A DNA stretch of 17,548 bases from Pseudomonadota bacterium (GCA_043823065.1 JBDRBB010000024.1:1-17548), one strand, 5' to 3'. Counted from the stretch's first letter, positions 8,141 through 15,452 are shown. Numbers and translations: made by a program. Notes: generated by a model not told the origin, from the sequence alone.

Positions 8141-8177
8141 TTATAATAGAGTGCAATAATAAAAGGAGATTTAAACC

Positions 8178-9002
8178 TTGTCAGATCATTTCAGAATAAT
8201 TGATGGCAGGTTAGAGTTTAGGGCAAATAGAGAATTTGCCCCTCCTGATTATACCCATGATCTAGCTGAACTTCCTAGATGGGCTGGTTTTTTTCCGTCT
8301 GAAACTTGTTCTGTTGATGCAGTTGATCCAGAAGCTGCTTGCTATGAATTTGAAAATCAATTCATTGATCAATATCAAGATATGGGCCGCATTGAAGTTG
8401 AACGCATGGTTGCTTGTGGCAGGCCTCAATGGTTCTTGGGGGTTTCCCCTAACACTGGTTCTCATCGTGTTGTTTATTATCTAAACCTTAATGATCAAAG
8501 ATTTGCTGTGGTTGTTGAAGAAGAAGAGACAAAAACAGCAGCTTATGTTAGAGATCTGATTACGCTTGGTGTTGAAAACATGGCTGAACATCAATCATCA
8601 GGGAACCTCTCTTTTTCACTTGATTTGCTTTCTGGGGCAATAGTTGCCTTAACTGGACATGAACCAATCTTTCAATCATATAGGAGAGAGTGCCGATCCT
8701 CAACTGGCGATTCACACAATACTGTTCCTATCGAACAAGATTGTCGTACTATTTCCAGATTTGATTTTCTAGATGTTGTTGATCTTAGCGAGATTGAAAA
8801 TCAAGAATGTCAACTTTCTGAACGAGCCAGCCAGGCCAGTGAAATTTTTCCAATCCTATATGGCTTGATTTATAGTGGATATTCTTTCTTAGATTCTCCA
8901 GGTAGAATTTCAAGCTCAGCAAGGTATTTCAGATTTGTAGGCCATCCAGATGAAACTCTGTTTTTCCCAAACCTTTATACAACTTCGCCATTTGCTAGAT
9001 AA
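8178..9002 (+). CDS. Hypothetical protein, 274 aa, acidic, one Lys, no signal peptide
   Basis: Long ORF filling the tRNA-pgi gap. SD AAGGAG before the TTG start. 1 Lys, 21 Arg. Confidence 0.75.
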   Translation: MSDHFRIIDGRLEFRANREFAPPDYTHDLAELPRWAGFFPSETCSVDAVDPEAACYEFENQFIDQYQDMGRIEVERMVACGRPQWFLGVSPNTGSHRVVYYLNLNDQRFAVVVEEEETKTAAYVRDLITLGVENMAEHQSSGNLSFSLDLLSGAIVALTGHEPIFQSYRRECRSSTGDSHNTVPIEQDCRTISRFDFLDVVDLSEIENQECQLSERASQASEIFPILYGLIYSGYSFLDSPGRISSSARYFRFVGHPDETLFFPNLYTTSPFAR

Positions 9003-9080
9003 AAACAATTTACTGCAAGTTTGACTTTAGCATTTATTTTAGTATTAATAATATTCCGATATTTAACGAGGGAGATTAAA

Positions 9081-10382
9081 ATGCTAAAGTTTGATTTTGC
9101 TAATTGTAAATCAGATGCAGTTGGTTTTGAACACGGTATTACGCCTCATGATTTGAAAAATATAAAGCCCAGGGTTATTTCAGCGCACAAACAATTAAAA
9201 AATTGGCAAGGCACACAAGACGCCATTTTTCTAGATCATCCTTTTGAACCAGGTTTGGCTGAAAAATTTCGCAAAGCAGGGGAGCAGGTTCAACATAGTT
9301 TTGATAATCTAGTTGTTTTGGGAATCGGCGGATCTGCGCTTGGCCTTCGTTGTCTGGCCAATGCTTGTCTTAATTCTCAGCACAATTTGCTAGATCGAAA
9401 ACAGCGCAAGAATGCGCCAAAACTTTTTGTATGCGACAACATTGATCCTGATTCGTTTGGTAGTTTGCTGGAAACTCTCAACTTAAAAGAAACTTGTTTT
9501 AATGTAATCTCTAAATCTGGTGGCACAACAGAGACCATGGCTCAGTTTTCCTATTTATTGCCGATTTTAAAAACCAAATTTGGCAGCAAGTGGAAGGACC
9601 ATGTTTTTGTGACCACAGATCCAGCCAGAGGTTTGCTTAGAAAGTTTGTAACTCAAGAAGGAGTTCGTTCGTTTGAAGTTCCGCCTAAGTTGGGTGGTAG
9701 ATATTCTGTTCTTTCTTCTGTTGGTCTTTTTCCAGCTGCTTGTTTGGGGTTAGATGTTGAATCTATTTTAGATGGCGCCATGGATATTGTTAAAATATGT
9801 CAAGACGAGGAATTAGAGACCAATCCTGCTTATTACCATGCTGTAATTAGCCATATCATGTTAGAGATAAAAAAGAAGAATATCTCAGTGCTGATGCCCT
9901 ATGCAGATCATTTGGCGTTATTTGCAGATTGGTATGTTCAACTTTTTGCTGAAAGTTTAGGTAAAGAAGGCCAGGGCATGACTCCGGTTAAGGCCATTGG
10001 CTCAACAGATCAGCACTCCCAGATTCAGCTTTATATGGATGGACCTAATGATAAATTAATTACCTTTGTTGGCGTGGAAAAATTTAAGAAAAATAATGTT
10101 ATTACCCATCCTCTGGAATCATTTGATTATATTAAAGGTTATGGCTTGGGCGATATTTTAATTGCCTCGCAACATGCCACTACCAAAGCCTTAACAGTTG
10201 CCAAGCGGCCAAATATTACAATTACTTTGCATGAAGTAACGCCCAGGGCCATGGGACAATTGTTTATGTTTTTTGAAATTTCCACAGCCTTTATTGGCGC
10301 TTTGGCTCAGATCAATCCTTTTGATCAACCAGGCGTGGAACTAGGTAAAAAACTGCTTAAAGAAATCTTGTCGAATAAGTGA
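9081..10382 (+). CDS. pgi: Glucose-6-phosphate isomerase
   Basis: GIGGSALG, VISKSGGTTET, GGRYSVLS, QLFAESLGK, GSTDQHS and NPFDQPGVELGK. ATG 9081 with SD GAGGGAG is preferred over the track's TTG 9021. Confidence 0.97.
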   Translation: MLKFDFANCKSDAVGFEHGITPHDLKNIKPRVISAHKQLKNWQGTQDAIFLDHPFEPGLAEKFRKAGEQVQHSFDNLVVLGIGGSALGLRCLANACLNSQHNLLDRKQRKNAPKLFVCDNIDPDSFGSLLETLNLKETCFNVISKSGGTTETMAQFSYLLPILKTKFGSKWKDHVFVTTDPARGLLRKFVTQEGVRSFEVPPKLGGRYSVLSSVGLFPAACLGLDVESILDGAMDIVKICQDEELETNPAYYHAVISHIMLEIKKKNISVLMPYADHLALFADWYVQLFAESLGKEGQGMTPVKAIGSTDQHSQIQLYMDGPNDKLITFVGVEKFKKNNVITHPLESFDYIKGYGLGDILIASQHATTKALTVAKRPNITITLHEVTPRAMGQLFMFFEISTAFIGALAQINPFDQPGVELGKKLLKEILSNK

Positions 10383-10393
10383 TGATTTAGATT

Positions 10394-10553
10394 CATGCTT
10401 CGACAGGCTCAGCATGAACGGAATATCATTGGCATGAACAGAATATCATTGGCATGAACAGAATACCGTTCGCATGAACAGAATACCGTTCGCATGAACA
10501 GAATACCGTTCGCATGAACAGAATACCGTTCGCACTGAGCTTGTCGAAGTGTG
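10394..10553. repeat. REP-like palindrome enclosing six tandem 20-bp units
   Basis: Arms CTTCGACAGGCTCAG (10398-10412) and CTGAGCTTGTCGAAG (10535-10549). Units GCATGAAC(A/G)GAATA(TCATTG/CCGTTC) x6 at 10412-10531. Confidence 0.92.
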
Positions 10554-10562
10554 TAATGTCAA

Positions 10563-11363
10563 TTACTGCCAAATAGACTTTCGCTTAGCCAGGTTGGTAT
10601 TTAGCATTTGCTGAATTTTTTTCCGCACCTGTTCAGATAACCTTAAAACCAAATGATCATTATCAGCATCATTTGCTTTATATTTATCAAACAAGATTGG
10701 TTTACCAAAAATTATTTTCCACTTGCTGGGTAGAGGAACTAATCCCAAAGGACCCAGCCAGGGAAAAGTTGGTGTGATAGGCACATACGGAACATTTATT
10801 TTTTCCCCCAGGGTTTTAGAGCTCCAAAGAATCGGGTGAATTTCTTCAGAGCCAATTATGGCAGTAGGAATAATTGGCGCTTTTGATTTTATAGCTGTGC
10901 GAATAAATCCGCCTTTACCAAACTTCTGCAACTTGTAGCGTTTGTCATATGGCTTGCCAATTCCTTTAACGCCTTCAGGAAAAACCAGAATCAGTTCATT
11001 TTTTTTCAGCAAGTGCATAGCATTTTGCGGACTGGCACGAACTCCACCTGCTTTTTCAATCAAGCAACCAAGATAGGGTAGTTCAAACACAAAGTCGTGC
11101 ACTAAAAAACGCACCGGACGTTTATAGCGATGTTTATTCAAAACCGCTAAATTCACCATGGCGCCGTCATAAGGGATGCTACCCGCATGATTAGCAACAA
11201 TAATAGCTTTTTTATTAGGGATGTTTTTGATGCCTACTGTGCTTACTCTAAAATAATGTTGATAAAGAAATTGAAAAAAAGGTCTTAAATACCAAACTAA
11301 GTTTGGATCTAAGCCAAGCTCCTCTAGGGTTTTTTTAACCTGATCGGCTTTTTTTGGCGGCAT
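10563..11363 (-). CDS. Lysophospholipid/glycerol acyltransferase (PlsC/LPLAT family)
   Basis: IIVANHAGSIPYD (NHx motif), LVFPEG and APIIPTAIIGSEE. Confidence 0.9.
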   Translation of the reverse strand: MPPKKADQVKKTLEELGLDPNLVWYLRPFFQFLYQHYFRVSTVGIKNIPNKKAIIVANHAGSIPYDGAMVNLAVLNKHRYKRPVRFLVHDFVFELPYLGCLIEKAGGVRASPQNAMHLLKKNELILVFPEGVKGIGKPYDKRYKLQKFGKGGFIRTAIKSKAPIIPTAIIGSEEIHPILWSSKTLGEKINVPYVPITPTFPWLGPLGLVPLPSKWKIIFGKPILFDKYKANDADNDHLVLRLSEQVRKKIQQMLNTNLAKRKSIWQ

Positions 11364-11781
11364 GGTAGCAATACAAGGTTATAAAAAATAATAATGAATC
11401 AATTACCGCACCAACTAAATAATAGAAAACATAATCATATTTTAGAAAGCAAAAAATAAATCCACTTGCAGTGACAAATTTTCCAAAAATAACTATTTTT
11501 AAATAATCCATGAGTCGCAAAAAATCACTTTGGGCAATAAAACACGCATAAGTTAGAACTGCAGTGTAGCCAACAGCCAAAACCAACCAAAATTTATGAG
11601 CTTCAAGTTCAATGGCTTGGGTCTTAAAGCCAAATACGACTTGGCCTAAATCTGAAAGATAATTTAAGCTCCAAGTTGGCAGGATAATAAAAAGTATAGT
11701 GGCTAAGAAAAATAAAACCAATAACACTCGGGTTAAGGTTAGTAAGCCGCGTTCTTGTTTGGTCAGTCCAGCTTCTCTCAT
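11335..11781 (-). CDS. Hypothetical integral membrane protein (about 4 TM)
   Basis: Four hydrophobic stretches. Overlaps the acyltransferase start by 29 nt, which suggests an operon. Confidence 0.75.
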   Translation of the reverse strand: MREAGLTKQERGLLTLTRVLLVLFFLATILFIILPTWSLNYLSDLGQVVFGFKTQAIELEAHKFWLVLAVGYTAVLTYACFIAQSDFLRLMDYLKIVIFGKFVTASGFIFCFLKYDYVFYYLVGAVIDSLLFFITLYCYHAAKKSRSG

Positions 11782-11789
11782 ATTTTGAA

Positions 11790-11818
11790 AGATTAGCAGA
11801 CTTGTTTGGTTGAGTCAA
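11790..11818 (-). promoter_or_regulatory. Sigma-70 promoter immediately upstream of the 11781 start codon
   Basis: Minus strand TTGACT (11818-11813), 17-nt spacer ending in TGC (extended -10), TAATCT (11795-11790). The ATG begins 8 nt later. Confidence 0.5.
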
Positions 11819-11838
11819 TTCGTACCATGCCTAATAAC

Positions 11839-12984
11839 TTAGAATTGCAACTGACCTTTCATTACTACTATAACATTGGCATTGGATAAAAATTGATCAA
11901 ACAAGGCATCACCAGTTGGTGAGTCTGATAGAGTTGTTTCCAAATGCATGGTAATGGAACCTTGGGAGTATGGTTCAGTAGTTGTCACTTTTAAATTTGG
12001 AATATCAAAATCAGCCATAGCTGCTACGCCAGCAGTGATATCTTCTGGCAAAAGCTCACCTAAGACAAAACGTACTCTAAAGGAAACTCCTTCCAGATTG
12101 ATTCGACTGCCATCAAAGGTTCCTGTTGCAATTACATCTTCAGAACCAGAAATAATAAGAGTTGCAGTTACGCCAGAAGGCAGCTCTGGAATTTCTTCAC
12201 TGCGCAGCACCATCAAAGCTACAGGAAAATCTTCCATCTCAATAGAGATTTCACTACCGTTTAATCTGAATTTCACATCACCAGCTAACTCTAGCTCTCT
12301 AGGACCGCCAGCATAAAGCTGTGGTATATCTATGGCAAAGCCACCACTATAGCAGGCTATGCCGCCACCAGGATTGCATTCCCCTGGTATTCCACCTGCG
12401 ACAGTTTCTCCATGAGGACCTGGTCTGGCAAAGCCAACTAACTCAATTTGAATTACACCTTCTTTTGGGTAATCATAAGTAGCTTGCAAGATGCTGCGAT
12501 GAATTGCTTCTCTTTCTGCCTGCTGCTGTTCTTGCATTCTTTCTTCTACTTCTTCTGGAGAACCAGGAATCCAGCGTTCAGGATGGCCTGTTTCCCAGCC
12601 ACCATAATTGGCAAATGTAGTTTCCATGTTTTGCGGTTCATATACAGCGATAATAGCTAAAGATCCACCTGGAGGTACTACAATATCTTGTAGACCAACA
12701 TTTTGTCCGCTAAGTTCAACCGCATTAATTTGAAAGTGGCCGACTGCATTTGAGCCTTTATCAAAACCAATGCCTCTGATATGTTGTTCTTTCTCCTGAT
12801 CAGGGTTTTGGATGAAAATAATTTTTTGATCTTGCATGGTGATTGGCGTAACTTCAAAATTTTCCACACGCCAAGAGGAAAATTGGTCGCCAGAGCAGGA
12901 GACCATAGACAATAAACAACAGACCATAGATAAGATGAGTAAAAACTTGTTGAGATGTTTATTCATTTTAATCAATTTCTTCAC
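11839..12984 (-). CDS. Hypothetical lipoprotein (start may be ATG at 12966)
   Basis: Basic N-region, hydrophobic h-region and lipobox-like MVS-C (Cys codon 12895-12897). The mature part is acidic and beta-rich with no recognised domain. Confidence 0.8.
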   Translation of the reverse strand: MKKLIKMNKHLNKFLLILSMVCCLLSMVSCSGDQFSSWRVENFEVTPITMQDQKIIFIQNPDQEKEQHIRGIGFDKGSNAVGHFQINAVELSGQNVGLQDIVVPPGGSLAIIAVYEPQNMETTFANYGGWETGHPERWIPGSPEEVEERMQEQQQAEREAIHRSILQATYDYPKEGVIQIELVGFARPGPHGETVAGGIPGECNPGGGIACYSGGFAIDIPQLYAGGPRELELAGDVKFRLNGSEISIEMEDFPVALMVLRSEEIPELPSGVTATLIISGSEDVIATGTFDGSRINLEGVSFRVRFVLGELLPEDITAGVAAMADFDIPNLKVTTTEPYSQGSITMHLETTLSDSPTGDALFDQFLSNANVIVVMKGQLQF

Positions 12985-13046
12985 TAAAATTGCTACTAAA
13001 AGCTAGGTGCAATGCGCAATAATGCACAGCAGCACCAAGTGCCTAG

Positions 13047-13073
13047 TTATCGGTCATAAAACCAAAAAGTTGC
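13047..13073 (-). promoter_or_regulatory. Sigma-28-like promoter motif, copy 3
   Basis: Minus strand GCAACTTTTTGGTTTTATGACCGATAA = GCAA-N15-ACCGATAA, pointing into the lipoprotein gene. Confidence 0.65.
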
Positions 13074-13123
13074 GAACTTTTTTCAAACCTGGTAATATTT
13101 ATAAATATCTGAAATTGTTCATT

Positions 13124-13217
13124 ATATATAATATGGTGATATTGCGTTTGGAAGTGTTGCCGAGCGGGCGGGGAAGCGAGTCAATACTTCCAAGAAGCAA
13201 TATCATTGGTTATATAT
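13124..13217. repeat. Long imperfect inverted repeat upstream of the crotonase gene
   Basis: TGATATTGCGTTTGGAAGTGTTG (13137-13159) pairs with CAATACTTCCAAGAAGCAATATCA (13182-13205). Outer arms ATATATAA / TTATATAT. Confidence 0.7.
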
Positions 13218-13234
13218 TTAGATAAGGAGTAATT

Positions 13235-14008
13235 ATGGAACTAGATAATATTAGGGTTAGTGTTTCGGGAAATATTGGTTACTTAAAGATTGATCGACCT
13301 GCAGTAAAAAATGCTTTGGATCAAGCGACTCTAAATCAACTTGCCCTTGGCTTGGCTCAATTAGCAGAAGACAAGCAAGTCAAAGTTATTGTGCTTACAG
13401 GTGAGGATAACTCTTGTTTTTCTGCTGGTGCTGATATTGAGGCTTTGGCTAAGATGACTATAGCCCAAGTAGAAGAATTTATCAGTCAAGGTCATCGTTG
13501 TTTTACTGAAATTGAAGTTGTTTCCAAACCGGTTATTGCTGCTATTTCAGGATATGCTTTAGGTGGTGGTTTTGAGTTGGCTTTAGCTTGTGATTTTATC
13601 TATGCTACTCAAAGCGCTAAGTTTGGTCTGCCAGAGGTTAACCTGGGTATTTTTCCAGGTTTTGGCGGTACTCAAAGGCTGCCTAGATTGATTGGTGCAG
13701 CAAGGGCCAAAGAGCTAATTTTTTCTGGGAGGATTATTGATGCCAACCAGGCACTGGATTTAGGTATAGTGAATAAGGTAGTGCCAGAAGCAGAGCTTTT
13801 AGAACAGGTCAAAAAGCTAGCTAAAGAAATTTCAGCCAATAGCCAGATTGCCATTGGTTTGGCTAAACACGCTATTAATGCTGGTGATACTAAAAAAATT
13901 GAAGAAGGTTTAAATATTGAAAGAGATGATTTTTATAAATGTTTTCAGACCAAAGACCCTGAAAAAGGCTTTAAGGCGTTTCTCAATAAAACCAAGCCTG
14001 AATTTTAA
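13235..14008 (+). CDS. Enoyl-CoA hydratase / crotonase family protein
   Basis: IDRPAVKNAL, FSAGADI, KPVIAAISGYALGGGFELALACD and FGLPEVNLGIFPGFGGTQRLPRLIG (both catalytic Glu present). SD TAAGGAG. Confidence 0.95.
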   Translation: MELDNIRVSVSGNIGYLKIDRPAVKNALDQATLNQLALGLAQLAEDKQVKVIVLTGEDNSCFSAGADIEALAKMTIAQVEEFISQGHRCFTEIEVVSKPVIAAISGYALGGGFELALACDFIYATQSAKFGLPEVNLGIFPGFGGTQRLPRLIGAARAKELIFSGRIIDANQALDLGIVNKVVPEAELLEQVKKLAKEISANSQIAIGLAKHAINAGDTKKIEEGLNIERDDFYKCFQTKDPEKGFKAFLNKTKPEF

Positions 14009-14015
14009 AAAACAA

Positions 14016-14042
14016 GCAACATTTTTAGAAACTAGCCGAAAA
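14016..14042 (+). promoter_or_regulatory. Sigma-28-like promoter motif, copy 4
   Basis: GCAACATTTTTAGAAACTAGCCGAAAA = GCAA-N15-GCCGAAAA, directly upstream of the 14054 gene. Confidence 0.6.
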
Positions 14043-14053
14043 CAAATAAGCTT

Positions 14054-14983
14054 ATGAAATATCTAATTTTAAGCATATTTGGGATTTTGATAGGTTTAAC
14101 CTCAACACCTAGCAAAGCTGGGCAGGTGTATGAGATAAGAGACCTTGGCCCATTGATTAGGCTTCAAGTCAATTTGGATCAGGATAATGATGGTTTATCC
14201 GATGCTGAAGAAGAACGCCTAGGCATTTTCCCAGATAATTGCGATTCAGATGAAGATGGGCTATTTGATGGAATAGAAGCTGGAATTATAAAGCCAGCAA
14301 ATCCTGATATTGAAAACGATTGCCATGGTTTACAGGGCGCAGGGAGTAACTATCACAATCCATACTTGTTAGATCCCTTAAATCCAGATTCAGATGGCGA
14401 TGGTTTGCTAGATGGTGAAGAAGATTTTAATGGCAATGGCTGGGTAGATAGTGATGAAAGTGATCCTACAATGGAGGATACAGATCGGGATGGTATTATA
14501 GATGGCATTGAAGCTTTTGCTGATTTTGATGAGGACGAGATTCCTGATTTTGATATTAACTTGATTAAAGCCGGACCAGATTGTTCTCCGCCCCAACATA
14601 TTTATGATTTGGATTGTGATGGCATACCAAATTGGGTGGATATTGATTCAGATGGAGATGGTTGTCCTGATTCAGAAGAGGGTAAGCGTGTTGATCGTAA
14701 TTCGAATAATATCCCAGATGTATATGATAATGAAGCAAAACAATGTGCCGTGGCCAGTGATGGAGGAGGCAGCGTTTCTTTTGGAGGCAGTGGATCTTCT
14801 TTGACTCAAGAACAAGATGAACCTTCAACTTCAGGAAAAACTCCAGCTTGGCTAACTGATCAAAGTGGAGGCAGCGCCTGCAGTTTAATATCAAATTCTT
14901 CCCAAGCTAGTAGCGAAGTTTTTTTATTGTTAGCATTGTTGGTAATTTTTGTTTTCCGTAGAATAGGTATCCCAATTCTTTAA
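14054..14983 (+). CDS. Secreted Ca-binding thrombospondin type-3-like repeat protein with C-terminal Cys/TM/basic sorting signal
   Basis: Sec signal peptide (MKYLILSIFGILIGLTSTPSKA). Repeated DxDxDGxxD motifs (DQDNDGLSD, DSDEDGLFD, DSDGDGLLD, DTDRDGIID, DLDCDGIPN, DSDGDGCPD). G/S linker, then GGSACSL...FLLLALLVIFVFRR. Confidence 0.85.
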   Translation: MKYLILSIFGILIGLTSTPSKAGQVYEIRDLGPLIRLQVNLDQDNDGLSDAEEERLGIFPDNCDSDEDGLFDGIEAGIIKPANPDIENDCHGLQGAGSNYHNPYLLDPLNPDSDGDGLLDGEEDFNGNGWVDSDESDPTMEDTDRDGIIDGIEAFADFDEDEIPDFDINLIKAGPDCSPPQHIYDLDCDGIPNWVDIDSDGDGCPDSEEGKRVDRNSNNIPDVYDNEAKQCAVASDGGGSVSFGGSGSSLTQEQDEPSTSGKTPAWLTDQSGGSACSLISNSSQASSEVFLLLALLVIFVFRRIGIPIL

Positions 14984-14985
14984 AA

Positions 14986-15025
14986 GGTCAATGGTCTATT
15001 GTCCATGGTCAATAGACGGTTTTTT
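14986..15025 (+). terminator. Intrinsic terminator built from GGTC(A/T)AT heptamer units
   Basis: GTCTATTG-tccatggt-CAATAGAC stem (14994-15017) followed by GG and a T6 tract, right after the 14983 stop. Confidence 0.65.
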
Positions 15026-15080
15026 AAATTACTTTCTTGACTTTTCCCCCAACTTGTTGTTTTTGAAACTAAATTAATTC

Positions 15081-15109
15081 TTGCTTGTAAGAACAAAAGG
15101 TTTTATAAT
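15081..15109 (+). promoter_or_regulatory. Sigma-70 promoter for zapA-6S
   Basis: TTGCTT-17 nt-TATAAT. Confidence 0.65.
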
Positions 15110-15142
15110 CTAATTTGAAAGCTAAAATTAAAGGGATATCTT

Positions 15143-15421
15143 TTGAAAAAAGCAATTGATGTTACAATTATGGGGCAAAAATTCCAGGTGCGCAGTGATT
15201 CGAATGAAGAATATGTAGTAAAAATTGCCTCATATGTTGATAAAAAATTAAATGAAGTTCTACAGAGCACCAAATCAGTTGCTTCCATGCAAGTAGCATT
15301 GTTAGGCGCTATGAATATTGCAGATGAATTCTTTAAATATCAAGATGATAGACAGAAAAAGTTAAGTGATGTTGAAGATAAAATTAAAGATATGATAGAG
15401 TTGGTTGATACTCAAATTTAA
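15143..15421 (+). CDS. zapA: Cell division protein ZapA
   Basis: VTIMGQKFQV, EEYVVKIASYVDKKL and VALLGAMNIADEF, then a coiled-coil tail. TTG start. Conserved position before 6S RNA, ygfA and rny. Confidence 0.92.
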   Translation: MKKAIDVTIMGQKFQVRSDSNEEYVVKIASYVDKKLNEVLQSTKSVASMQVALLGAMNIADEFFKYQDDRQKKLSDVEDKIKDMIELVDTQI

Positions 15422-15452
15422 CATTGTTCTTTGAAGATTTGTTTGTAAAAGA

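Noticed and set aside
7961..9002. tRNA-anchored genomic island or prophage carrying the orphans
   Set aside because: No integrase and no duplicated tRNA 3' end were seen. The orphans are single genes between core genes and share a host-type promoter motif.
9021..9080. TTG-start N-terminal extension of Pgi
   Set aside because: The SD lies before ATG 9081. The TTG is part of a TTGACT -35-like hexamer.
10412..10531. Possible CRISPR array
   Set aside because: The 20-bp units are contiguous with no unique spacers, there are no cas genes, and the array is enclosed in REP arms.
13007..13225. 72-aa plus-strand ORF in the divergent intergenic region
   Set aside because: No convincing SD or protein features. 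The region is explained by the promoter motif and the inverted repeat.
707..15288. Other short track ORFs overlapping assigned genes (e.g. 707-967, 1024-1332, 1813-2001, 4673-4891, 5494-5838, 6203-6400, 6397-6603, 7772-7957, 8262-8465, 11624-11818, 11948-12316, 12448-12660, 12678-12869, 13672-13854, 14408-14894, 15103-15288)
   Set aside because: They are antisense or alternate-frame shadows of well-supported genes, with no motifs or RBS.
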